64,000 nucleotides of DNA from Clostridia bacterium (GTDB taxonomy: Bacteria; Bacillota; Clostridia; UMGS1883): assembly GCA_017451505.1 (NCBI GenBank), contig JAFTOF010000027.1, forward strand, positions 26,462 through 90,461. The letters run 5' to 3'. The number at the start of each line of letters is the position of its first letter. Positions within the stretch are counted from its first letter, which is position 1. The notes under the pieces were generated by a model. It saw only the letters and a list, made by a program, of their open reading frames with translations. It was not told the DNA's origin and made no database searches. Shown one piece after another: positions 46,999 through 57,200 of this stretch. The position numbers were made by a program, and so were the translations under genes.

Positions 46999-48462
46999 AT
47001 GAAAAAGAAAATATTATCCTTGTTACTGGTGCTTAGTATTGCTCTTGGCTGTGTCGCTTTTGGTGAAGAAGCCGCACCCTCGGCAGTTAAAACCCCTGAG
47101 CAGCAACAAGCAGAGGTTGTAGAGTATTCCAACAATATGCAGAAAAACATCATCAGAACATATGCACATGCACTTGCCGATAATTACTATTACGGAATTG
47201 CGGATGAGGAGCTTCTCTTCTCGGTTATATGCAGTGTTATTGATGAAGGAAAGCTGGATATAAACAAAGCACTTGCAGCAATGATAAAAGCACTTGATGA
47301 CGAACACGCCCAGTTTTATACGCCTGAGGAATATAAGGCAATGACCGAGGATATAGCCGGCTCATTTTCAGGTATCGGTGTAACAATCCGCGACCATGAG
47401 AAAGGTGTTTTAGTTCTTTCGGTAATGGAGGGCGGTCCTGCATATAAGGCAGGTATGATGGCATATGACTATATTGTGGGCGTTAACGGACAGGATGTTC
47501 GGAGTCTTAATTCTGCACAGGTTCGCGAGCTTATTGTAGGTGAAACGGGCACTGAGGTTAAGGTTAAGGTTCTTCGCGGAGAAAATGAGATTGAATTAAC
47601 CTGCATCCGAGATACAGTTGAGGTTTCACAGCTTGAAACGAAGATGCTTAATGATAAAACTGCATACGTAAAGCTTTTGCAGTTTACCTCTAACTCCCCC
47701 GAAGAAATGGAAGCTTACGTAAAGGAGCTTCGCTCTAAAAACGTAAAAAATCTTGTTTTAGACCTGCGTGATAATCCCGGCGGCGACCTTCAGGCGGCAG
47801 TCGATATCGCAAACATATTTATAAGTGCAGGTGCTATAGCAGAGCTTCGTTATAAAGATGAAACGCAGAATAAGGTTCTCCGCAGCAAAAACTTTAATGC
47901 ACCCAACTTTAAAATGCTGGTTCTTGTAAATGAATACAGTGCATCTGCCAGCGAGTTTCTCGCGACGGCTATACAGTCCAGAGGAGTCGGAAAAATTCTC
48001 GGAACTAAGACTTACGGAAAGGGAAGCATGCAGATTCTTAACCGTGCAGTAACAGGTGCAGGCTTCAAATATACTATCGGCGAATTTTATTCCTACAAGG
48101 GTAAACGTATTCATACCGTGGGAGTTACTCCGGATATTGTTGTGGAAAATGAAGAAATCAAGGTTGATGAGTCAAAATTTGAAGCAATTGATATGAATAA
48201 AGCCACGGCAGGAACCTTGGATGAACAGATGATTTTTGCTCTGGAGCAGAGGCTTAATGCACTTGGATATATAGACTATGCTGACAGTGTTTTTGATGAG
48301 CAGACTAAGGATGCCGTGTCGCGTTTTCAGGCGGTATTAGGTCATGAAATAACGGGAATACCGGGAATTTATGAATACATTTACCTTAATGATTATAACT
48401 ACGCAGAACTGACTACGATTGTGGATAATCAGATTGATGCGGCAATGGAATATTTTAAATAA
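46999..48462 (+). CDS. S41 family C-terminal processing peptidase with PDZ and C-terminal peptidoglycan-binding domain
   Basis: Signal peptide, PDZ region, NEYSASASE and TYGKGS catalytic motifs, and a C-terminal PG_binding_1-like LNALGY..DAVSRFQ. Confidence 0.9.
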   Translation: MKKKILSLLLVLSIALGCVAFGEEAAPSAVKTPEQQQAEVVEYSNNMQKNIIRTYAHALADNYYYGIADEELLFSVICSVIDEGKLDINKALAAMIKALDDEHAQFYTPEEYKAMTEDIAGSFSGIGVTIRDHEKGVLVLSVMEGGPAYKAGMMAYDYIVGVNGQDVRSLNSAQVRELIVGETGTEVKVKVLRGENEIELTCIRDTVEVSQLETKMLNDKTAYVKLLQFTSNSPEEMEAYVKELRSKNVKNLVLDLRDNPGGDLQAAVDIANIFISAGAIAELRYKDETQNKVLRSKNFNAPNFKMLVLVNEYSASASEFLATAIQSRGVGKILGTKTYGKGSMQILNRAVTGAGFKYTIGEFYSYKGKRIHTVGVTPDIVVENEEIKVDESKFEAIDMNKATAGTLDEQMIFALEQRLNALGYIDYADSVFDEQTKDAVSRFQAVLGHEITGIPGIYEYIYLNDYNYAELTTIVDNQIDAAMEYFK

Positions 48463-48466
48463 TACC

Positions 48467-49081
48467 ATGCAGAAGCTAAAAGTATTAACAGCTCTTATTG
48501 AAAAAGAAGACAAACGCGGTGCAATTTCTCTTTTGAAAGATATTCACCGTGAAAATGCGTGCAGCGGCTATGCCTTTGCACTTGAAAAAATACTGCTTAT
48601 AGAAGCAACAAAGGAACTTAATGACAAAGTAAGAGGCTTTTATATTAATCCAGAGGAACTAAAGACTGCTCTGTTTTCTGAAAATCCTCCTGCTGCGGAA
48701 GATGTGGTAAAAAAGCTTTGCATAGCCATGAAAAGGCAGGCATCTACGCAAAGAGTAAACGCGTATAAAAAAGCACAGGAGTATATTAACCGTCATTTGA
48801 CGGATAATCAGCTTACAACGCTTAGGGCAGCGGAATATGCAGGAGTTACTCAAAGCACTCTTGCAAAACTGTTTTCCCGCAACGCAGGAGTTACCCCCGG
48901 ATGTTACTTAAATAAGCTACGGGTGGAAAAGAGTATGGAATATCTTAAGGAGGGTTTATCTGTTGAGAAAACCTCTTTGAAAGTCGGATTTTCCTCCTGT
49001 GAAACATATATACGAGCGTTCAAGAAGCTTATGGGTAAAACTCCCGGAGATTGGAAAAGAAACAATGTTAAAGGCGGTTAA
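48467..49081 (+). CDS. Small AraC-family transcriptional regulator
   Basis: C-terminal AraC dual HTH (LRAAEYAGVTQSTLAKLF...SLKVGFSSCETYIRAFKK). The N-terminal 100 aa have no recognisable sensor domain. The ATG at 48467 lies after the upstream stop. Confidence 0.75.
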   Translation: MQKLKVLTALIEKEDKRGAISLLKDIHRENACSGYAFALEKILLIEATKELNDKVRGFYINPEELKTALFSENPPAAEDVVKKLCIAMKRQASTQRVNAYKKAQEYINRHLTDNQLTTLRAAEYAGVTQSTLAKLFSRNAGVTPGCYLNKLRVEKSMEYLKEGLSVEKTSLKVGFSSCETYIRAFKKLMGKTPGDWKRNNVKGG

Positions 49082-49104
49082 GCCTTGAAAAAGAGGTGAC
49101 AAGA

Positions 49105-49707
49105 GTGAAATTTGAAATGCTAAAAGCAAATAAAATTAAAGTCACAATGGATGCCCGTGACTGCGAGGAGCTTGGAATATCCTTTGAGGCTATGGCAAAG
49201 AATTCCCCAGAGTCCAGAGAAGTATTCTTTAAACTGTTACGCCGTGCGGAAAGGGAAACAGGCTTTACCTGTCAGAACGCCCGACTTGTGGTGGAAGCGG
49301 CAATCCGAGCTGAAAAAAGCGAAATGACACTCTTTGTGACCAAGGTTGATAATGAGGAGGAAAAGGAGCTTTTTGATAAGCTTTCACATATTAATCTGCC
49401 TGATATTTTAGGTGGTGAAGCTGATAAAAAGCCCCCGAAAGCCGAGGAAAAAACCTCAACCATGGTGGAGCTTGCAGATTTTGAGGATGTTATTAAAATG
49501 TGCCATTGTATGCGTGAATGTTTTTGGGGAACGCTTTACTCGTATAAGGATAAATATTATATGACTATGCTTCCCTCTTACATACCCAAGGCATCGGAGT
49601 TTGGCTCGCCTTGCCCTGAGGGCTATCGCAGTATAGTGGAAGAGCATGGCAAGGCAATAGTAAAAAACAGTGCATTTTTGTTTATTAGAAATAGGTTTAC
49701 GGAATAA
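49105..49707 (+). CDS. mecA: MecA-like adaptor protein (ClpC adaptor family)
   Basis: Pattern matches Bacillus MecA: N-terminal KFEMLKANKIKVTM, an acidic linker, and C-terminal ADFEDVIKM...LYSYKDKYYM...EEHGKAIV. GTG start at 49105, 8 nt after AAGAGG. Confidence 0.7.
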   Translation: MKFEMLKANKIKVTMDARDCEELGISFEAMAKNSPESREVFFKLLRRAERETGFTCQNARLVVEAAIRAEKSEMTLFVTKVDNEEEKELFDKLSHINLPDILGGEADKKPPKAEEKTSTMVELADFEDVIKMCHCMRECFWGTLYSYKDKYYMTMLPSYIPKASEFGSPCPEGYRSIVEEHGKAIVKNSAFLFIRNRFTE

Positions 49708-49750
49708 GAAAAAGAGCTATTTGAAAATTTTTCAAATAGCTCTTTTTCTT
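49706..49750. terminator. Bidirectional terminator between mecA-like gene and serA
   Basis: An 18-bp stem (aagaaaaagagctatttg / caaatagctctttttctt) with A/T runs on both sides. Confidence 0.8.
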
Positions 49751-49759
49751 ATATCGTAA

Positions 49760-50929
49760 TTATTTAATTACACGAACTTTAATTATGCCTTCAATAGCCT
49801 TAAGCTCATTTGCAACTGCTTCGTCAGCGTTTGCCACATCCAGAATTGTGCAAGCGTAATCGCCGCGGCTCTTATTAACCATATTTTCAATATTAAGCCC
49901 CTTATCGGCAAATGCTGCTGTAATGCTTGTGATCATGTTGGGAACATTCTTATGAAGCACTGTGATTCTTGTAGCATCTGCAGTTCTGGCAAGCTCGCAG
50001 TTAGGATAGTTTACGGAATTTACGATGTTACCGTTTTCCATATACTCAATAAGCTCTTTTGCCGCCATAACAGCACAGTTATCTTCGCTTTCTGCACTGG
50101 AAGCACCAAGGTGAGGAATAGCCACTACGTTTTCAAGACCGATTACCTCATCTGAGGGGAAGTCTACCACATAGGAAGAAATAAGGCCAACCTCAAGTGC
50201 ACTCTTAAGAGCCGCTGTATCAACAAGCTCTCCACGGGAGAAGTTAAGAAGCTTAGCACCTTTCTTAACTGATGTCTTGAAAAGCTCAGCGTTGAACATA
50301 CCTCTTGTTGCATCCATAAGGGGAAGATGAAGTGTAATATAGTCAGCTTCCGCAAGGGCATCCTTAAGGTCATTCTTAATAATTGTGTGTCTGTCAAGGC
50401 TAAGTGCTGCCTTAACGGAGATATAGGGGTCATAACCGATTACTTCCATGCCGAGGTGGTATGCCGCATTGGCAACGAGTACACCTATAGCACCAAGACC
50501 GATTACTGCAAGCTTTTTGCCCTTGATTTCACAACCTGCAAAGTTGCTCTTACCCTTTTCAACCATTTTGCCTACTTCCGCACCGTTACCCTTAAGAGTC
50601 TCAGCCCACTTGATACCGCCTACGATATCACGGGAAGCAAGGAAAAGACCTGCGATTGTAAGCTCCTTAACAGCATTTGCATTAGCACCGGGAGTATTGA
50701 ATACCACAATACCCTTTTCACTGCACTTGTCAAGGGGAATATTATTTACACCGGCACCTGCACGTGCAACTGCCGCAAGTGACTCTGGAAGCTCCATATC
50801 ATGCATGTTAAAGCTTCTGAGGATTATACAATCGGGATTTTCGCAGTTATCCGAAATCGCATATTTTACCTTATCAAAATTATCAAGACCGCATTTTGCA
50901 ATCTTATTAAGCGTAAGAAGATTATACAT
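49760..50929 (-). CDS. serA: D-3-phosphoglycerate dehydrogenase with C-terminal ACT domain
   Basis: 2-hydroxyacid dehydrogenase fold with GLGAIG NAD motif and a C-terminal ACT-like region; downstream of serC. Confidence 0.9.
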   Translation of the reverse strand: MYNLLTLNKIAKCGLDNFDKVKYAISDNCENPDCIILRSFNMHDMELPESLAAVARAGAGVNNIPLDKCSEKGIVVFNTPGANANAVKELTIAGLFLASRDIVGGIKWAETLKGNGAEVGKMVEKGKSNFAGCEIKGKKLAVIGLGAIGVLVANAAYHLGMEVIGYDPYISVKAALSLDRHTIIKNDLKDALAEADYITLHLPLMDATRGMFNAELFKTSVKKGAKLLNFSRGELVDTAALKSALEVGLISSYVVDFPSDEVIGLENVVAIPHLGASSAESEDNCAVMAAKELIEYMENGNIVNSVNYPNCELARTADATRITVLHKNVPNMITSITAAFADKGLNIENMVNKSRGDYACTILDVANADEAVANELKAIEGIIKVRVIK

Positions 50930-50976
50930 TTTATCAAATCCTTTTTATAAATACATTTTAAAGCTAATTGGGGACT

Positions 50977-51144
50977 GTTAAGGGGGTCACCTTAACATAA
51001 AATCTGTTAAATCCGGGGGCGTGAACCTCGGATTTAACACCTTGCAAGGGCTGGCACGGTGAGTGCCGCGCGAGCGAAAGCCCTTTACTCAAAGCGAAAT
51101 ATTTTCGCCAGAAACTTTTCGCTTTGAAAGGATGCGTTGCATCC
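50977..51144 (-). other. Five consecutive hairpins in the serC-serA spacer
   Basis: Stems lie at 50977-50996 (7 bp), 51006-51038 (10 bp), 51046-51085 (7 bp plus an inner 5 bp), 51090-51126 (10 bp, with alternative gcgaaa/tttcgc pairing) and 51130-51144 (6 bp). Confidence 0.55.
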
Positions 51145-51148
51145 GCTT

Positions 51149-52228
51149 TTACTTATTATTCTTTTCAAACTCTGCCATAAACTTAACGAGTGCCTCTACG
51201 CCCTCCATAGGCATAGCATTGTAGATGCTGGCTCTCATACCGCCAACTGATCTGTGACCCTTAAGGTTTACAAAGCCTGCTTCTGCAGCTTCCTTACAGA
51301 ACTTCTTATCAAGGTCAGCGTCACCTGTAACAAAGCATACATTCATCATTGAACGGCACTTTTTGTCCGCTGTTGCTTTGAAAAGAGTTGAATTATCAAG
51401 GAAGTCATAAAGAATGTTTGCTTTCTTTTCATTTCTTTCCTTCATTGCCTCAAGACCGCCGTTCTGAAGTGCCCATTTATAAACAAGACCTGCAATATAA
51501 ATTGCGTAGCAGGGAGGTGTGTTATACATTGAATCGTTATCAGCCATTGTTTTATAATCGAGCATTGTGGGGATATCCTCACGGGCATTTCCCATTAAAT
51601 CCTCACGGATAATAACAACTGTAAGACCTGCAGGAGCCATATTCTTCTGTGCACCTGCATATATAACACCAAACTTTGTAACATCTACAGGCTCGCTCGT
51701 AATGCAGGATGACATATCTGCAACCAATACCTTATCGCCTACATTGGGAACTTCAGGGAACTTTGTTCCGAAAATTGTGTTGTTGTAGCACACATGAACG
51801 TAGTCAGCATCCTCACGTACCATATCGGGTGTAATTTCAGGGATATAGCTGAATGTCTTATCCTCTGAAGTTGCAATACATTTTGCATCACCGTACTTCT
51901 TAGCTTCCTTAAAAGCTTTACCTGAGAACTGGCCTGAAACAACATAGTCAGCCTTTCCTGTTTTCATAAGGTTAAGAGGAACTGCCGCAAACTGTGTTGA
52001 AGCACCACCCTGAAGGAAAAGTACCTTATAGTTATCAGGTATATTCATAAGTTTTCTGAAATTAGCTTCAGTCTCTTTGATTATTGCATCGTAAACAGGT
52101 GAACGATGGCTCATCTCCATAACGCTCATACCGCTTTCGCCGTATTCAAGCATTTCCTTCTGTGCAGTTTCAAGCACCTCAAGGGGAAGCATGCTCGGAC
52201 CTGCGGAAAAATTATAAACTCTTGACAT
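51149..52228 (-). CDS. serC: Phosphoserine aminotransferase
   Basis: NFSAGPSMLP N-terminus and class V aminotransferase layout; 359 aa. Confidence 0.95.
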   Translation of the reverse strand: MSRVYNFSAGPSMLPLEVLETAQKEMLEYGESGMSVMEMSHRSPVYDAIIKETEANFRKLMNIPDNYKVLFLQGGASTQFAAVPLNLMKTGKADYVVSGQFSGKAFKEAKKYGDAKCIATSEDKTFSYIPEITPDMVREDADYVHVCYNNTIFGTKFPEVPNVGDKVLVADMSSCITSEPVDVTKFGVIYAGAQKNMAPAGLTVVIIREDLMGNAREDIPTMLDYKTMADNDSMYNTPPCYAIYIAGLVYKWALQNGGLEAMKERNEKKANILYDFLDNSTLFKATADKKCRSMMNVCFVTGDADLDKKFCKEAAEAGFVNLKGHRSVGGMRASIYNAMPMEGVEALVKFMAEFEKNNK

Positions 52229-52263
52229 AAAAATTGCCTCCTAAAATAAAATGATTACTACTT

Positions 52264-52292
52264 ATTATACTCTTTATTTCAAAAGGTGTCAA
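52264..52292 (-). promoter_or_regulatory. Consensus sigma-A promoter of serC-serA
   Basis: On the minus strand: TTGACA, a 17-nt spacer, then TATAAT. Confidence 0.7.
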
Positions 52293-52343
52293 TTTATTTC
52301 AGTATTTTTTTAACGGTTTTTTCACTTTTTGGTGGAATTTGAA

Positions 52344-52378
52344 AAGGGAATAATCAACCTATGGTTGATTATTCCCTT
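52344..52378. terminator. Palindromic terminator overlapping the stop codon of the TSUP half-gene
   Basis: aagggaataatcaacc-tat-ggttgattattccctt. The last six codons of the gene lie in one arm. Confidence 0.6.
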
Positions 52379-52724
52379 TGAAACCTACATATATTTCCTT
52401 TATTCCGAAAATAAGTATAAATATCCCGAAAAGCCTGCCCATAAACCGCGAAGAAAGATTGGTTGAAATGTATGCTCCCAAAAGTGCAAAGGGGACCCCC
52501 GTGATTATAATGGGAAGTGCGGTTTTAAAGAGTATATTTTTGTTTTTTATATGCACAAAAACTGCACATATGGCAGACGGGATAAAGCAGAAAAGATTCA
52601 GGCTTTGTGCTTTGTGCTGCGATAAATTCAGAAACATTGTTGCCGCAGGGATAAGAAGCATTCCTCCGCCCACTCCCATGCCGCCCAAAATGCCTGATAG
52701 AAAGCCGATTATTGACGTAAGCAT
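52359..52724 (-). CDS. TauE/SafE (TSUP) family half-size membrane protein, C-terminal-type half
   Basis: 121 aa with 4 predicted TMs and a G-rich GILGGMGVGGG motif. It has its own SD (GGGGTGA, 6 nt before the ATG). Confidence 0.8.
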   Translation of the reverse strand: MLTSIIGFLSGILGGMGVGGGMLLIPAATMFLNLSQHKAQSLNLFCFIPSAICAVFVHIKNKNILFKTALPIIITGVPFALLGAYISTNLSSRFMGRLFGIFILIFGIKEIYVGFKGNNQP

Positions 52725-52755
52725 GTACAGTCACCCCGATACTTTAATTTCACCT

Positions 52756-53106
52756 TTAAAATGCAATCATTCTCACCGCCGCCGCCACCATTACACACCC
52801 AAATCCGATTCTGATAAATCTTCCCGAAAGTCGGGAGAGAAGCTTTGCCCCCACAAATGCACCCACTGCAGCACCCGATGCTGCCTTAATAATAACAGGC
52901 ACATCGGAAAAACCAGCCATAGAATAAATGAATACGCCTGCAAGAGTTAAGGGCAGTATAATTATAATAGACGTGGCGTGTGCCTTTTTTTCTTCAAGAG
53001 AGAAAAACTTTTGAAGTATCAATACGGCAATTATTCCACCGCCGGAGGCAAAAAATCCGTTTATAAAGCCTATGGGGACGCCCCACAGCAATCCTTTTTT
53101 CTTCAT
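52756..53106 (-). CDS. TauE/SafE (TSUP) family half-size membrane protein, N-terminal-type half
   Basis: 116 aa with 4 predicted TMs and FINGFFASGGGII and AHATS motifs. Confidence 0.8.
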   Translation of the reverse strand: MKKKGLLWGVPIGFINGFFASGGGIIAVLILQKFFSLEEKKAHATSIIIILPLTLAGVFIYSMAGFSDVPVIIKAASGAAVGAFVGAKLLSRLSGRFIRIGFGCVMVAAAVRMIAF

Positions 53107-53108
53107 TA

Positions 53109-53912
53109 TCAGGACACCAGCATTTCGAGTCTTAACTTATCAGCAATCATTGCAATAAACTCCGAATTAGTAGGCTTTCCTTTATTATTGCTTACAGTAT
53201 AGCCGAAGAGCTTATAAAGCTCCTCCTCATTTCCGCGGATACATGCCACTTCAATCGCGTGGCGGATTGCTCTTTCCACACGGCTGGGGGAGGTGTTGTG
53301 TCTGTTTGCCACACGGGGATAAAGCTGTTTTGTAACAGCATTTATCAGCTCAGTGTCCTTTATGCTCATTATAATTGCATCACGAAGGTATTGATATCCT
53401 TTTATGTTTGCCGGAACACCCACGGAATGAATGGTTTTTGTTACGGTTATTTCAATGGCTCTGTCACTGGGGCGGTCGCCTGTGGCGGTGCTTTCAGCAG
53501 GCATAATTTCGTGAAGCTTTCCCTGAGAAAGCTGCGGTATGCACAGGAGCTTTATCCTTTCGTACAAGGTTTCATTGTCGCAGGGCTTTATCATAAAATA
53601 GTCTGCACCGAGCTGCATACAAAGGTTTGTTATATGCTCTCTTCTTGTTCCGCTCATTACCATTATTACAGGTCTGTGTGAACGGGGAAGCGAATTTATT
53701 GCCTTAAGAAGACCGATTCCGTCAAGTCCCGGAAGAACCAGGTCCATTAAAACGACATCGGGATGATATTGTCTTATTTTTTCCAGTGCTTCAGTTCCGT
53801 CCGACGCTGTTGCGATCAACTCTATATCGCTTTTGGCGTCAAAAAACGATTTCATTTGTGTCAATAATTCGTGGTTACTGTCTGCAATAAGCAGTTTTAT
53901 CTTGGTTTTCAT
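53109..53912 (-). CDS. spo0A: Sporulation master regulator Spo0A
   Basis: Receiver domain (LLIADSNHE...[13 protein letters not shown]) plus the Spo0A_C signature ([19 protein letters not shown]...[14 protein letters not shown]). GGAGG precedes the ATG at 53912; the track ORF extends to 54059. Confidence 0.95.
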   Translation of the reverse strand: MKTKIKLLIADSNHELLTQMKSFFDAKSDIELIATASDGTEALEKIRQYHPDVVLMDLVLPGLDGIGLLKAINSLPRSHRPVIMVMSGTRREHITNLCMQLGADYFMIKPCDNETLYERIKLLCIPQLSQGKLHEIMPAESTATGDRPSDRAIEITVTKTIHSVGVPANIKGYQYLRDAIIMSIKDTELINAVTKQLYPRVANRHNTSPSRVERAIRHAIEVACIRGNEEELYKLFGYTVSNNKGKPTNSEFIAMIADKLRLEMLVS

Positions 53913-54162
53913 ACTCTTTCCTCCATTTTTTCTTTGTTGTATTAAGCATATTACCATATTTTGGAAATTAATGCAAGAACTTTTTCCCAAAATTTGGTAA
54001 AAACATAAATTACGACTTTTTACCAATATTTTTTCAGCATAAAAAACCAGATATATCAAAAATTCGATGCAACACTCTTCTTTCTAAAATATTTTAAACT
54101 TGAATATTAAAAAAATGCTCTTAAACGTGTTTTTTATTCCCTGATGTTTATAAAACTATCCA

Positions 54163-54191
54163 TTGCCCGCCTGATAAAAATGTGGTATAAT
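54163..54191 (+). promoter_or_regulatory. Promoter of the CBM/BNR-propeller gene
   Basis: TTGCCC, a 17-nt spacer, then TGgTATAAT. Confidence 0.55.
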
Positions 54192-54255
54192 ATACACGAC
54201 AATCTATATACTGAGATTTTATGCTCGGAATATATATATTATAAGGAGGAATATT

Positions 54256-57200
54256 ATGAGAAGATTACTTTCACTCAGCTTAGCCTTGGCATTTATGCTC
54301 AGCATTGTGCCTAATGCTTTTGCGGCACGTTTCAACACTGTGGAGAAGCAGGAAGCCGAGACGCTTAAAATGCTGAAATCCCAGGGTGAGCCGGTAACCG
54401 TTGAAAACGCAGGCTATTCCGGTGGCAAGGGAATGGAGCTTAAAGTAACAAATTACGAAGACTGGCTGAAAAACGACTATATGCGTTTTGCAATGCCTAT
54501 TAATCAGCGTGCGGTGTTTAATATCCGTCTGGGCGTAAAGAAAGGTCCCGACCAGGGTATTATGCAGCTGTGGTTCTCCGATGTTAACGCAAGAATAGGG
54601 CAGAAAATTGACCTTTATTCCCCCACAGAGCAGTATACAGAGGTTGACCTTGGCGATCACATGTGTAATATTCAGTTCTCAGGCAGATGGTTCGAGGTAC
54701 GTGTTGACGGAAAGAATCCTCAGGCTACTGCCGCTAATATTAATGTAGATTATATTCAGCTTACATATGTTAAGGAATGGCAGCCCCCTGCAGGCAAGAT
54801 TCCCTATCTTGACGGCACAGCTCCCGTAGCAAACGGCGATGAGCCTTACGCATGGGGACAGGTATTGGAAGGCGGTACAGGAAGAAGTAACCATCTTGTG
54901 ATGCATCCCATGGATCCCGACCTTGTATATATGGGAACGGATATGGGCGGTCTTTACAGATGGAACAATGATACATATGAGTGGAAAGCACTTATGGATA
55001 CTGTTATAACGTCAGATAAAAGTGAATGGCTGGGTATAGATGGAGTTGCCGTAGATCCCAATGACCCGAACGTAGTATATATCTGCGTAGGTACTTCCTC
55101 AAACAAGGGTGATGCCTACATGGGTGCGGTTCTTAAATCTACAAACAGAGGCGATACGTGGCAGGAAACAGGCTTTAAGGCTCTTTTCAGTGCCAACGCC
55201 GACCCTTCGAGAAGTATGAATGAAAGAATTGCAGTAGACCCCGGTAATTCCAATAACGTATGGGTTACAACTCCAACATCGGGATTTTACAGAAGTAGGG
55301 ACGCGTTTAAGTCTTGGGAAAAGGTAGAGCTTCCTGTCGAGCTTACTAAAAACAAGGTATTCCCCGGCATTATTGCATTTGACGAGAGAACAAAAACAGC
55401 CGACGGCTGCTCACGCTTCTACGTAAGCGTATATGATCACGGTCTGCTTGTAACAGAAGATGGTGGCGAGTCTTGGGCAGATGTTCCCGGTTGTCCTTCC
55501 GCAAGAATTATGAATATGGAATATTCCAATGACGGAACCTTTGCGGTAGCAACAACCAATGCAGGACTCTGGACATACAAGGATGGAGTGTGGACGGATG
55601 TTTCTCCCACCGCGGATAAAAAATGGACAACAGTAGCTATTGGAAAAGACAATTCCAAATATATGATTACCAGTTGGGGTAAAGGTCCTGTTGGTTCCTT
55701 TGGTCAGTATACCTACTACACACTTGACGGTGGTCAGAACTGGAGAATGATCTCCGATGATATGGTAAGAAATCATACAACTCCCCGTCTTGAGTGGGGT
55801 GCATTCATGGCAAATGTAACCGACTATGTAATTGACCCCCGCAACCCCGGCAGAGTTATGATGTGCGGCTGGTCAAACTTCTTTATGACAGAGAATATCT
55901 TTGCAGAAAACCCTGTGTTCACAAACCACACAATCGGTATTGAGCACGGCTGTGTTAACCAGATGGTTTCACTTCCCGTAGGTGCACGCCTCATAGTATC
56001 TGCCTATGACCATGGCGGCGGCAGATACACAGACGTAACACAGTATTACGACGAAATGCTTCCTCCCAAGGAAACAAACCCTGCAAGAATGGCATTTAGT
56101 GAAAATGACCCTAACTTTATCGTAAGAGCAGGTAAGGGCTACGGTGTATATTCAACTGATAACGGTATTAACTGGAGAAGCTTCCCCACAGTTCCTGAGG
56201 AGCTTAAGAGCGTAGAGGTGCACGACGTAGTAGTATCCTCCGATGTTCATCCCGATACAGGCGTTCCTGTAATCAGTATGATCGGCTACGGTCAGCCTCC
56301 CTTTGTAACCTTTGACCTTGGTGCAACATGGACAAAATCCGAAGGTGCGACAAACTGGTTTAACTCCAGTAAATGGGGACGTAGCAAGCGTCTTGCAGCA
56401 GATCCCAATGATCCCGAAACAATTTACTACCTTGCTAAGTCAGCACTTTACAGAAGTGATGACTGGGGTAAAACCTATGCTCAGGTAACACAATTTGACG
56501 CAGGCGAATACAATAGTTCAGTTGTGAGAACCTCTTTTGGTAAAAACAACGGCGTATTTGTAAGCGACAGCGGAAGCGGTAAGCTTTACCGTTCTTCTTC
56601 CAAGGGTGAGCTTTTTACCGAAATCGGTAACTTCACATGGGTTCGTGACTTCTCATTTGGTAAGGAAAAGGATGCTGATTCACCTGCCACAATGTTTGTA
56701 TGGGGTGTCAATAACGGAATCCGCGGACTTCACAGAAGTCACGACAACGGAAAGACATGGGAAGTGCTCCATGATGATAAGACGGCAAAGGAAAAGCTTG
56801 TTACAACTATGGTTATCTGTGCTGACAGACAGACCTACGGCGTTATATATGTAGGTTCATCGGGACGCGGTATTAAATTTGGTGTTCCCCGTGATGCCCA
56901 AAACATTTTCTACACCAACAAGGACGACGCGGTTAAGGTTATGATTAATAATCAGCTCGAAATATTTGACGTAGAGCCTCAGATTATTGACAGCCGTACC
57001 ATGGTTCCTATGAGAAAAATATTTGAGGACGTAGGTGCCGTTGTAGAATGGGACGATGCTACAAGAACAGTTACTGCAAAGAGAAAGGTTTCCGATAACT
57101 ACGGTATTGACGAAACCACCGTTTCTCTCACAATCGGAAGCAATAAAATTACAATTAACGGGCAGGAGCAGACAATGGACGTTGTGCCGCAAATCGTAAA

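Noticed and set aside
53913-54110. Searched upstream of spo0A for 0A boxes (TGTCGAA) and a sigma-H promoter.
   Set aside because: Only imperfect matches were found (agtcgtaa, catcgaat). A sigma-A-like TTGCAT-17-TGgTAATAT is visible on the minus strand, but I cannot support the sporulation-specific sites from sequence alone.
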